In this document: positions 8,680 through 17,374 of the stretch, piece by piece | How the letters are laid out: each line of letters opens with the position of its first letter | Numbering within the stretch: the first letter of the stretch is position 1 | Origin: a virus | Taxonomy: Duplodnaviria > Caudoviricetes | Reading direction: 5' to 3' (one strand) | DNA: 64,000 nt | Virus record (IMG/VR): IMGVR_UViG_3300037067_016725 | Coordinates: 32,001-96,000 of that record | The notes under the pieces: generated by a model | Seen by the model: only the letters and a program-made list of their open reading frames with translations | The model's database searches: none | What the model was told of the DNA's origin: nothing | Translations under genes and position numbers: made by a program

Positions 8680-10061
8680 CAGAGATAAATAGAACAAGTC
8701 TTGTTCAGGGAATGGGCAGCCCCAATTTCAACCTTCCCTACAGGGGACCCTACAAGGCCCCCTCGTTGCCATTGCCCCCGGCTAATGTATTTGTGACTAG
8801 CCCCTATCTCATAGGGGTCTTGGACATACGTTGGGATAATCCCGCTAAGATTCCCTACAACAGTGACCTTACCGTGCTTGGGGTGAACATCTATAGGGCT
8901 TTCGATGCTCCTGGGGCAACATATCGAAAGCTGAACATTAATCCTGTCTCTAGCCTTACCTGGAGGGACCAAACTTCAGAGGTACTGGTATCCCAGGAAG
9001 ATGTACTGCCTACTCTTAACCCAGGTAATAACCCTGATAAAAGGTGGTACTTTACAACAAAGTTCAAACCCCTAATATCTGTAGGCACAAATGGACAAGG
9101 GCAGGTCAGCCCCTCTGATATCATGCTGGAGATTGATAATGGGTCAGGCTATGTGGTAGTCCCTGCTTTCAAGGTGGTGCCCGAAGAGGGTCTGGTATAC
9201 CTGAACATTAACCGTACCTATGACCCCCAGCAAAATATGTATATGCCTCCAGTACTGCCCGATATGCTAAACGGGGGTATCAGGGTTACCTACTACTATC
9301 TATCGGGCCTAATCGCCACGGACTATTACAGAAAACTTTACTACAAGGTGACAACGGTAGCACGGGACGAGGCCACAGGGGAAGTAAGAGAAACCCCTTT
9401 GGATGAGGTGGAAGCCAAGACTCCTTATCAAATGGAGGAGACAGACTGGATCTGGAAGGAAGCTATCCGTAGAAACAGGTGGCTTCTAGAAAGAGAAGGT
9501 GAGAGGGTGAAACTCTTTTTGAGGAAGTGGAACGGTGTACGCTGCACATGCTATGACGACACTTATGGGTACTCCAAGGGAATAGGACTAAAAAAGGGTG
9601 GATGTCCTGTATGCTTTGGTACCGGATTTGTTGGTGGCTATGAGGGTCCTTATGATATACTCATAGCTCCTCCTGAGACAGAGAAGCAGGTAAGCCTTAC
9701 TGATGCAGGGTTTCATGTTATCTATGATTGGCAGACGTGGACAGGTCCTGAACCACTAATTACTGATAGGGATGTCATTATCAGACAGAATAACGACAGG
9801 TCCTTTATAAATAGACCTAACCCCCAGGGAAGCCGTGGAGCTATCTATCAGCAGCATTTCAGTTTAGATCATGTTGATCAAACTGACCCAATATACTTGA
9901 TACCCGTTAACGGAGGGGAGATAGCAACCCCAGCCTCCTGGAATGCCTTCAGGGAAGCCCAGCCCTCAGATGCGAGCCCGGTTATACCTGTCAAGCCAAC
10001 TGTACCCGAGGGTGTTCTACCCAAGGGGAGGACTGTTACTTTTGAAAATATCACTGTGTAA
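8676..10061 (+). CDS. Putative head-closure/neck protein with FN3-like domain and Zn-binding motif
   Basis: PPANV..IRWDNP..GVNIYR..YYKVTTV (FN3-like); RCTC...CPVCFGTGFVGGY; position. Confidence 0.6.
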   Translation: MTEINRTSLVQGMGSPNFNLPYRGPYKAPSLPLPPANVFVTSPYLIGVLDIRWDNPAKIPYNSDLTVLGVNIYRAFDAPGATYRKLNINPVSSLTWRDQTSEVLVSQEDVLPTLNPGNNPDKRWYFTTKFKPLISVGTNGQGQVSPSDIMLEIDNGSGYVVVPAFKVVPEEGLVYLNINRTYDPQQNMYMPPVLPDMLNGGIRVTYYYLSGLIATDYYRKLYYKVTTVARDEATGEVRETPLDEVEAKTPYQMEETDWIWKEAIRRNRWLLEREGERVKLFLRKWNGVRCTCYDDTYGYSKGIGLKKGGCPVCFGTGFVGGYEGPYDILIAPPETEKQVSLTDAGFHVIYDWQTWTGPEPLITDRDVIIRQNNDRSFINRPNPQGSRGAIYQQHFSLDHVDQTDPIYLIPVNGGEIATPASWNAFREAQPSDASPVIPVKPTVPEGVLPKGRTVTFENITV

Positions 10062-10072
10062 CTTCTAAGGGG

Positions 10073-10085
10073 ATAATCTTCTAAT
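10073..10085 (+). promoter_or_regulatory. Putative late promoter motif ATAATCTTCTAAT
   Basis: Intergenic copy heading the unit that contains the actin gene. Confidence 0.65.
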
Positions 10086-10150
10086 CTAAAAAGGGGTTAG
10101 TAAGACTTTTTCACAATAGCCATTGTGATTTTCCTTTAGGAGTACATACC

Positions 10151-10759
10151 ATGAGCAGATTAGTAACAGCCGCCACCCAGCTTCTAAAACTGGCTGATGA
10201 GCTAGAAGCCCAGGCTGAATCCAAGACAGCCTTTGTTTGTGCAGGTTGCGGACATGTTAATACCCTGGGTGGTATTAACTCTGCTATTCGCAAGTATGCT
10301 TCCGAACAGGTGGAGCCCTTTGATCTCCAGAACAACCTGGTTACCGTGGATGACTCCTGCAAGTGCCCCTCTTGTGGAGGGGCTATGAAATACATGCCCA
10401 CAGCAGAAAGTGAAAAGTTCTATGTCGTTATGGCTGATGAGGGTCCAGAGTCCCCAGTAGTTCCTGAAGGTGTACCAGGCATTCTTCCTGAAGGTACTCC
10501 GGTCACCCCAGAAGTAGCAGTCCCGGGAGAAGGTATTCCCCCTGAAGTGCCTGAAGTGCCTGAGGGGTCTGAGTCACCCGAAGCAGCTCCTGCTGCCCCC
10601 GGAACTGAGATCCCCGGAACTGAGATCCCCGGTGCTGAAGGGATTCCTATGGGTTCCCCAGAAGAGGGGAAAAAGGATGACGATGACGATGACGATGACG
10701 ATGATGCCACCCCAGAAGTTGTGATAAACCAGGAAAAACTGGCCATGTACCTGGGCTAA
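10151..10759 (+). CDS. Zn-ribbon protein with Pro/Glu-rich and poly-Asp tail (202 aa)
   Basis: CAGC...CKCPSC; PEG-type repeats; D10 tract; AGGAG RBS. Confidence 0.7.
   Translation: MSRLVTAATQLLKLADELEAQAESKTAFVCAGCGHVNTLGGINSAIRKYASEQVEPFDLQNNLVTVDDSCKCPSCGGAMKYMPTAESEKFYVVMADEGPESPVVPEGVPGILPEGTPVTPEVAVPGEGIPPEVPEVPEGSESPEAAPAAPGTEIPGTEIPGAEGIPMGSPEEGKKDDDDDDDDDDATPEVVINQEKLAMYLG
10597..10632 (+). repeat. 15-bp in-frame tandem repeat CCCCGGAACTGAGAT x2.4 (PGTEI)
   Basis: Read directly from sequence. Confidence 0.85.
10676..10705 (+). repeat. (GATGAC)4 GATGAT microsatellite encoding Asp10
   Basis: Read directly from sequence. Confidence 0.85.
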
Positions 10760-10771
10760 CCAAGTGGACCC

Positions 10772-11434
10772 TTGTTTAGACAAGGGTCTCCCTTATACTA
10801 CATAATAAATATGATTCGAGTAAAAGGTACAGATTTTAAGACTGTCGAACTCCCCGATCTAGGGGATAGGATTTTCTTTGGCCAAACTAAGTCTTATTCA
10901 GAAAATGCTTTTTCCTCTTCAAGGGATCTGGCTGAGGCAATCAAAAATAATAGGGTAGCTGTTGTTTCCGGTACAGAACCCCCTCCTTCCCTTTACCTTT
11001 CTAAAAAGAAAGAAGTTACAGAAATATCTATCCCTGTAGAACCCTCTAAGGTAGAAGAACCTCCTAAAGTAGAGGTAGTTCCTGTTCCTGCTCCTGAGGT
11101 ATCTTCTGCGGTACTGGACAAGATCACTGACGTTCTAGGGGAGATACAGAATACCCTAAAGACACAGAGGGAAGATACCACTAAGGCTATACAGGAGAAC
11201 ACCACTAGGGTAGAAAAGGCCATGGCTGGTTTAACTATCTCTGGTGTTAATGTATCCTCTCCTGTAAGGTCAACACATACCCGGGTGGAAGAAGTCTTTG
11301 TACCCAGTACACTCACAGTAACCGACATGACGAATCACGTTAACCTGAAGACCCAAGAGATTGGACAAGGGGACTCGGTTCGAAATTCACTGAACAAGCT
11401 AAAGAAGCTGAAAAATCAGCCCGCACAAGGCTAA
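10772..11434 (+). CDS. Hypothetical protein upstream of actin (globular N-domain, Pro-rich linker, coiled coil, basic C-terminal helix); candidate actin adaptor
   Basis: Domain-like composition of the translation; start uncertain (TTG 10772 or ATG 10811). Confidence 0.55.
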   Translation: MFRQGSPLYYIINMIRVKGTDFKTVELPDLGDRIFFGQTKSYSENAFSSSRDLAEAIKNNRVAVVSGTEPPPSLYLSKKKEVTEISIPVEPSKVEEPPKVEVVPVPAPEVSSAVLDKITDVLGEIQNTLKTQREDTTKAIQENTTRVEKAMAGLTISGVNVSSPVRSTHTRVEEVFVPSTLTVTDMTNHVNLKTQEIGQGDSVRNSLNKLKKLKNQPAQG

Positions 11435-11445
11435 GGAGATAACAC

Positions 11446-12453
11446 ATGGCAAAGGGACTAGACATCGGAACTTGTTTTCTTGTAGGAGCTTCCTACACCG
11501 ATAAAACGGAAATGGCAGGGGTAGGTATAAAGTCAGTAAGGGATGCCTTCCTCGACTTGGAGAATGAGCCTACTATCAAGAACGTACTCAAGATGAGCAA
11601 AGCTCACTATATTGAGAAAGAAGACACCGTATACATTATTGGGGATTCTGCCCTCCGTATGGCAAATCTCCTTAAAAAGGAGATCCGTAGGCCTCTTTCC
11701 CAGGGTGTTATCGCCGCCGGAGAAAGAGAGGCCGAAAAGATTCTTGTTATGCTTCTAAAGGAAGTCGTAGGAGAACCCGAAAAGGGCGGGGAGACTGTGT
11801 ACTTCTCCGTCCCGGCAGCGCCCATTGACAAGGTCGCGGATGTCATCTATCACGAAGCTATCTTCAAAAAGATACTGACGGATTTTGGATACAAAGCTGT
11901 GGCTATGAATGAGGCGGCTGCAGTGGTTTACTCCAATGCAGAACCCGAAGGGTTTACCGCTCTGGGCATTTCTTTTGGGGCGGGCATGACCAATGCCGCA
12001 CTCCTATACCAAAGCATGCCTGGAATGCAGTTTTCAGTAGCCCGAGGTGGTGACTGGATTGATGCAGGATCTGCAGGTGCTACTGGTCGTACCCAAGCCC
12101 AAATCATGGCTACAAAGGAAAAGGGGGTAGATCTCCTGAAACCGGAAGCTGGTGACCCCAAGACCACTCGGGAAAGGGAAGCAGTTGCGGTCTACTACAA
12201 GAATCTGATCAACTACGTCGTGGAGTCCATCAAAAAGGAATTCCGGAAGACGGAAAGTGCAGTACAGATTGACTGCCCTATCCCTATCATTATCTCTGGG
12301 GGAACTTCCAAGGCAGGAAACTTCTTGGAATTGTTCAAGCAGGAGTTCTCCAAGATTAAGGATTTCCCTTTCGAAGTTTCCGAAATCCGCATGGCCCAGG
12401 ATCCCCTGGCTGATGTAGCTAAGGGACTCCTGATCGCGGCTTCCCTGGACTAA
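11446..12453 (+). CDS. Actin-like ATPase (MreB/MamK-related)
   Basis: Phosphate-1 GLDIGT, RRPLSQGVI, SVP, connect-1 NEAAAVV, phosphate-2 ISFGAGMTN, ARGGDWID, adenosine IIISGGTS, connect-2 DVAKGL; AAGGAG RBS. Confidence 0.9.
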   Translation: MAKGLDIGTCFLVGASYTDKTEMAGVGIKSVRDAFLDLENEPTIKNVLKMSKAHYIEKEDTVYIIGDSALRMANLLKKEIRRPLSQGVIAAGEREAEKILVMLLKEVVGEPEKGGETVYFSVPAAPIDKVADVIYHEAIFKKILTDFGYKAVAMNEAAAVVYSNAEPEGFTALGISFGAGMTNAALLYQSMPGMQFSVARGGDWIDAGSAGATGRTQAQIMATKEKGVDLLKPEAGDPKTTREREAVAVYYKNLINYVVESIKKEFRKTESAVQIDCPIPIIISGGTSKAGNFLELFKQEFSKIKDFPFEVSEIRMAQDPLADVAKGLLIAASLD

Positions 12454-12458
12454 GCTGA

Positions 12459-12500
12459 AGGCTGGGACGATAATTTCCTAATCGTTCCAGCCTGTTTTTT
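12459..12500 (+). terminator. Rho-independent terminator whose loop carries the late motif (ATAATTTCCTAAT, 12470-12482)
   Basis: 13-bp stem AGGCTGGGACGAT/ATCGTTCCAGCCT (one G-U) followed by GTTTTTT. Confidence 0.75.
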
Positions 12501-12515
12501 ACAGGCGGTTACCCG

Positions 12516-13898
12516 ATGCTCGAAAACAACCTCTACCAGGTTATTAAGAAAAGGATGCTAGACGAGATGAATGATTCTCTTCGTCGTCATCCTGTATACC
12601 GTGGGGATGTTAAGGCATACGGTAAATATCACATGGGCAAGGAAAGGCCTCAGGTTGGAGTAAGCCTAGTTAACGTAGGCAGTAATCGTGAGACCCTGAG
12701 CCCGGATGATACCCTGGGGGACCTTATTTCTATGGTGGTTGCTACCCGTGTAGGGAACTGTCCTGGGACAAGTATCGAATGGGTTTGGGAGAATTCTGCT
12801 AACATCTCCAAGTACGTGAAAGATGAGGTAGCCACAGGAACCCTTAGCCCTGATCGAATGGCATTCACTACAAGCCATCCTTTTGTTACAGAGGGACCCC
12901 AGAGCCCTAACCCCGCCAGCAATGTGGGTCAAGTCCGAGTCTATGTAGGCGGTAAACATCAGATACCTAGAAGTATTGATGCAAGTACCGGAAGAGTTGT
13001 GTTGTACTCTGCGGTACCCTCCAATACGGAAGTACTGGTATCCTACTATTATAAGGACGTGGATCCTCCCGGATTCTACTTCATAGAAATTCTGGATAAA
13101 ACATCATTCATAATGACACCCATGTTCTCCGTAGAGGAAGAGCTGGTTGCCCCTAAGGTTACGGGTACTGAGACCACCCTGAACCTGGCCAACGCCCCTG
13201 TTCTGGTGGACTACGTTCTTTCCCTTTACCTTAGGTGGTCTCCAACAGCTCCAAGGGTATTCTTGGATAGAAACGTGGACTACACCATCTTAGAGGATGG
13301 AACCATTACTATTCTAACCCCACTTCCTGCAGGGTACTCCCTATATGCCTCTTACAGATGGAGGGGTGCTAACAAGGGACCTTTTACAATTGATGGGGAG
13401 TATTCATTCAATACTGATGCCATCAAAGGTGTAGTTCTGGCATTTGGGTCTAGAGTGGAGGAAGGGGACAAAGTTTGTGTTGTCTTCACAGACAAGAGGG
13501 AAAGATGTGCCCAAGTAAAAGGTGGACACTATATAATGAATTTTGAGTGGAAGGTTTTTTCCAGGGATCCCATGACCACCTCGGAAATAACTGACCATCT
13601 GGTTTCTGATATCTGGGCATTCCGAAAGGAACCCTTAAGAAGTGAAGGGATTACTGTACAAGACTGTACAGGGAGTGGAGAAGCAGAATCCTCTTATGAT
13701 GATGCCACCCAGGCCATGTATTTTGAAAGTTCTATCTCCATGGAGATCAGAACAGAATGGAAACTCTTTATCCCATACATACTGAAACTAAAACAGTATC
13801 GAGATTTGACTCAGTATCACCATTCTTATGGAAACACTGAGATAGTCAACTATACCACAATCAGGGCACCTGAACTTGGGTACCCAACAATAGTATAA
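12516..13898 (+). CDS. Putative tail terminator/tail completion protein with inserted beta modules
   Basis: Position before sheath; N- and C-terminal terminator-like alpha/beta segments (ERPQVGVSLV...FEWKVFSRDPMTTSEITDHL). Confidence 0.55.
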   Translation: MLENNLYQVIKKRMLDEMNDSLRRHPVYRGDVKAYGKYHMGKERPQVGVSLVNVGSNRETLSPDDTLGDLISMVVATRVGNCPGTSIEWVWENSANISKYVKDEVATGTLSPDRMAFTTSHPFVTEGPQSPNPASNVGQVRVYVGGKHQIPRSIDASTGRVVLYSAVPSNTEVLVSYYYKDVDPPGFYFIEILDKTSFIMTPMFSVEEELVAPKVTGTETTLNLANAPVLVDYVLSLYLRWSPTAPRVFLDRNVDYTILEDGTITILTPLPAGYSLYASYRWRGANKGPFTIDGEYSFNTDAIKGVVLAFGSRVEEGDKVCVVFTDKRERCAQVKGGHYIMNFEWKVFSRDPMTTSEITDHLVSDIWAFRKEPLRSEGITVQDCTGSGEAESSYDDATQAMYFESSISMEIRTEWKLFIPYILKLKQYRDLTQYHHSYGNTEIVNYTTIRAPELGYPTIV

Positions 13899-13916
13899 CA
13901 AAACAGGAGAAAAAAC

Positions 13917-14351
13917 ATGCCTACATACAGATATACCTGCGAAACTTGCAAGCAGGAAACAGATCTTTTGGTTCTTCCGAAGGTAAGGGACAGTCAGGTA
14001 TGCAATACCTGTGGTAGCCCCCTGGTAAGGAAAGGTTCTGAGGGGTTCTCAGTAAATACACCTTTGGACACAAGTAAGAAGGATGCCTACTCGAACTCTG
14101 AAATAGACAAGGTCATAGGAGCCTCTGCATCTAAAAAGTGGGACAAACTCCATAAGAAAATAGATGAGAAGCTGGCAGGACCCAATGTGGTAACTGTAGA
14201 CATCAAGCCCGGCCAACCTTTCAACCCTGAGCATCTGCTAGGTGACTCCGAGAGAAAAGAAAAAGCGGCTATTTACTCAAAACACGTCAAAGACACTCCC
14301 TCTGAAACCTTGGGGCTTGAAAAGTCCGGTTTTAAGAGAGTTGATATCTAG
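13917..14351 (+). CDS. FmdB-family zinc-ribbon protein
   Basis: MPTYRYTCETC...CNTCGS signature; AGGAG RBS. Confidence 0.8.
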   Translation: MPTYRYTCETCKQETDLLVLPKVRDSQVCNTCGSPLVRKGSEGFSVNTPLDTSKKDAYSNSEIDKVIGASASKKWDKLHKKIDEKLAGPNVVTVDIKPGQPFNPEHLLGDSERKEKAAIYSKHVKDTPSETLGLEKSGFKRVDI

Positions 14352-14360
14352 TAAACCCAG

Positions 14361-14373
14361 ATAATCTTCTAAT
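14361..14373 (+). promoter_or_regulatory. Putative late promoter motif ATAATCTTCTAAT upstream of sheath
   Basis: Intergenic copy. Confidence 0.7.
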
Positions 14374-14500
14374 TCACGTAGGGGCATTAACGAAATTAGT
14401 GCCCTGTGGTTTTCTGTACACTGCCTGCGGGAGCACTCAACTGAAAGATACCTTGCACCCAATGCAAGTTAAGGCACGGCAGAAAACGAGGAGATACATC

Positions 14501-17356
14501 ATGGCTATTGGACCATTGGAAGAGTTTGCTTTCCCAGGTACCTACACAAGGACCTTTACAGAGGCTCCCAAGGCTACTGCCGCAGGTGCCCAGCGTTATG
14601 CAGCCCTGATCGGGGTAGGTCCTGAGGAAGAAAGGATCGAAGGTTTTGAAATGGTCCGTGGTTCCTCTGCCACGGCTGCCAATATCATTCTAGGCGAAGT
14701 CGCCCTTGAGAATGGTCGTGGTAACGTCGTGGATGGTGTGAACGTAGATTTCTACGTAAGGCACTACCCTATCGTCGTAAACGACGGACAAGGCACCTAC
14801 GCAACACAGCCCAGCGATGTCATCGTTGCTGTGAATGGTGAGAATGTGCCAGTGCAGTCGGTGTCCGCTTTGACCGGAAAGATTACCCTGGTGAATCCCC
14901 CTTCCGCAGGGGATCTGGTAGTACTGAACTACTATTTCAAGCGTCGAGACCTGTACGTTGAAAATGAAGACCAGAGCACTCAAGCTGATGGTTCCACAAC
15001 CATTTTCAAGGTAGGTGCCTCTCGTATCGTTACTGGTGACAACGGTGGCAACAGTGCTACCAGCTCCATCATTGATGGTAGTACTGGTTTCAGCTATACT
15101 GTGAAGAATGAGATCAACGGTCTCATGATAACCGTCCCCATCCTCCAAGTTTTGGTGAATGGTGAAGTGGCTGCTATTTCCGCGGTATCTGGTGCCTATG
15201 GTACTTTCACTCTGGCAACTGCCCCTGCTGCAGGAGCCGAGGTGCTAGTTAGCTACTTCCGTAATGACTGGCAGAACACCTTTGATATCCTACCCGCGGC
15301 ATATGTCGCTAATATTACTCAGGTTGGTTTTACCCCGGGTAGAACTGACTTCAAGGGTGACGTGGACTATGTCCTAGCCAATGAGAATGAGATCCATTGG
15401 GGTAACTCTTTCTCTGTTACCGCAGGTGTCAATACCTCAGGTACCTCTGTCTTCGGGCCTAACCAGGTTGCTGGTTCCCAAGTGGACTACCGCTATTACA
15501 TGGTGGAGGCTACATCCAGTGCCTCAAGTTCCAAGCAGTATGTGCTTCCCTACACTCCTGTTAATGGGGATGGTACTGGCACTCCTATGACAGCCCCCAA
15601 CAACAACACCGCAAGTACCTACGACGATCTCGTGGCCTATGTTGGTGTGGACGAAGAAGCTGCCAAGACCAATCCGGTTACCGTGGTCAGCATCAGTGGT
15701 TCTGTCATCACCCTGAGAACAGCTCCTGCTACTGGTATGAAAGTGTTTGTGAGCTACTTTGTGAACAAGCTTACTGATGACACTTGGACAATCACAAACA
15801 AGGTGTCTGGTGATACTGGTGTAGGAAAATATACCGTTATCGGTTCTTCCCTAGGCAATGCCCGTCAGGTGGTTCTTGATAGTGCCAGCACTTCCACTGC
15901 TACATTCCTTGATACAGGTGTTGTGGTGTGGGATGGCGTTGCTGGTACAAGCAATGCCTACATCAACCCCTCTCGCGTATTTGGTGATGAGACCATCACC
16001 GTTACTGTAGATGCTGCAGGTGCCTTCATTGTCACCTCAAACGTGGCAACGGGTACAGGGTCGGGGACAGTGAACACGGGCTTGGTAGGCAAGACCTACA
16101 TTGACCCCATCACAGGTTTCACTTTCGCACTTGCTACTGCCACTGCAGGTACCCTGGTATTTAAGGTTACCAAGACCTTCACTATCTTGAACCAGTGGGA
16201 TCTAAGTATTCCTGGTATCCGCCTGAGTGTTACTGACACTTCTGACGTAGGTACTTCTGATACGGCTATCCTGGATACTTTCAACTTGGTAGAAGATACC
16301 GAACCTAGCAACGGTGACAACTACTATGTCACTTTTGATAAGGAGAAGATTGACTACTCCGCTAAGTATGTCACTTCCTTCCCCGAAGTAGTTACAAAGT
16401 TTGGTGCTCTGGCTCAGAATAACCCCATTGTTATGGGTGCCTACCTGTACTTCAAGAATGGTGGCCAAGCTTTGGTTATCAAGCAGATCAAGAAGGCAAC
16501 TGGTAGCAATGATGCATCCGTGGCTTCATACATCGAAGCTATAGATACTTTCAATGAGCCTATCTCCAATGGTACTCGTCCTTCCTTGGTTAGTGTGATG
16601 ACAACTAACCGTCAGGTTACCAACTACCTGAAGACCTCTAATGCTCAGCAGTCCAGCATTCGTTTCCAGAATGAGAGGACTTCTTATGCAGGTGTGGCAG
16701 CAGGTACGGTTCCCGAGGATGTACTCGCTTATGCAAAGGCTTTGTCTACAGAGCTGATTACCCTGGTCTATCCGGACTCGGCCATCATGACTATCCCTGA
16801 CTCCAATGGGGTTGATCAGGATATCCTGGTTGGTGGTGAATACATTGCAGTAGCCCTTACCGGTGCTGATGTTTCCCCTACCTATGATATTGCAACTCCT
16901 CTCACGGGTGTGCAGTTGGTTGGCTTGTCTCGCCTGGGTAGGATTCTGACAAAGGCAACTGCCGCATTGGTAGCCCAGAATGGTGTTACCGTGATGGAAT
17001 ACAAGAACAATGTCATCAGGGTGATGATGGGTCTTACTACAGACCTGACTTCTCCTTTGACAAGGGATCCCCGTATTATCGAAATCAAGCACTTCGTACA
17101 GCAGGGTGTCCGTGAGGTGTGTGACAAGTTCATTGGCCGCAAGAACATTGGTGGAATCACCAATGAGATTAAGACAGCCTTGGTCTCTTACTTCAACTCG
17201 CTGAAGGGTGTATACCTGATTGGTGGGTTTGACAGTAACATGACTGTGGAAGTTGATGCTAATGATCCAACTATTGTCAATGTGGCAGTTCAGTACAAGC
17301 CGATCTTCGGTGTTAACTGGATCATGGTTACTCACTACCTCAGAAGTACCCTGTAA
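14501..17356 (+). CDS. Contractile tail sheath protein (951 aa) with extra beta domains
   Basis: N-terminal PGTYTR..AALIGVG; C-terminal sheath core (YLYFKNGG, LVAQNGVTVM, VEVDANDPTIVNVAVQYKPIFGVNWI); GAGGAG RBS before ATG 14501. Confidence 0.9.
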   Translation: MAIGPLEEFAFPGTYTRTFTEAPKATAAGAQRYAALIGVGPEEERIEGFEMVRGSSATAANIILGEVALENGRGNVVDGVNVDFYVRHYPIVVNDGQGTYATQPSDVIVAVNGENVPVQSVSALTGKITLVNPPSAGDLVVLNYYFKRRDLYVENEDQSTQADGSTTIFKVGASRIVTGDNGGNSATSSIIDGSTGFSYTVKNEINGLMITVPILQVLVNGEVAAISAVSGAYGTFTLATAPAAGAEVLVSYFRNDWQNTFDILPAAYVANITQVGFTPGRTDFKGDVDYVLANENEIHWGNSFSVTAGVNTSGTSVFGPNQVAGSQVDYRYYMVEATSSASSSKQYVLPYTPVNGDGTGTPMTAPNNNTASTYDDLVAYVGVDEEAAKTNPVTVVSISGSVITLRTAPATGMKVFVSYFVNKLTDDTWTITNKVSGDTGVGKYTVIGSSLGNARQVVLDSASTSTATFLDTGVVVWDGVAGTSNAYINPSRVFGDETITVTVDAAGAFIVTSNVATGTGSGTVNTGLVGKTYIDPITGFTFALATATAGTLVFKVTKTFTILNQWDLSIPGIRLSVTDTSDVGTSDTAILDTFNLVEDTEPSNGDNYYVTFDKEKIDYSAKYVTSFPEVVTKFGALAQNNPIVMGAYLYFKNGGQALVIKQIKKATGSNDASVASYIEAIDTFNEPISNGTRPSLVSVMTTNRQVTNYLKTSNAQQSSIRFQNERTSYAGVAAGTVPEDVLAYAKALSTELITLVYPDSAIMTIPDSNGVDQDILVGGEYIAVALTGADVSPTYDIATPLTGVQLVGLSRLGRILTKATAALVAQNGVTVMEYKNNVIRVMMGLTTDLTSPLTRDPRIIEIKHFVQQGVREVCDKFIGRKNIGGITNEIKTALVSYFNSLKGVYLIGGFDSNMTVEVDANDPTIVNVAVQYKPIFGVNWIMVTHYLRSTL

Positions 17357-17374
17357 TAGTAAAAGGAGAAAAAC

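Noticed and set aside
14399-14500. Longer ORF-track starts (14399; likewise 3190, 4037, 26521)
   Set aside because: Downstream ATGs have clear RBSs and avoid long overlaps or structured leaders
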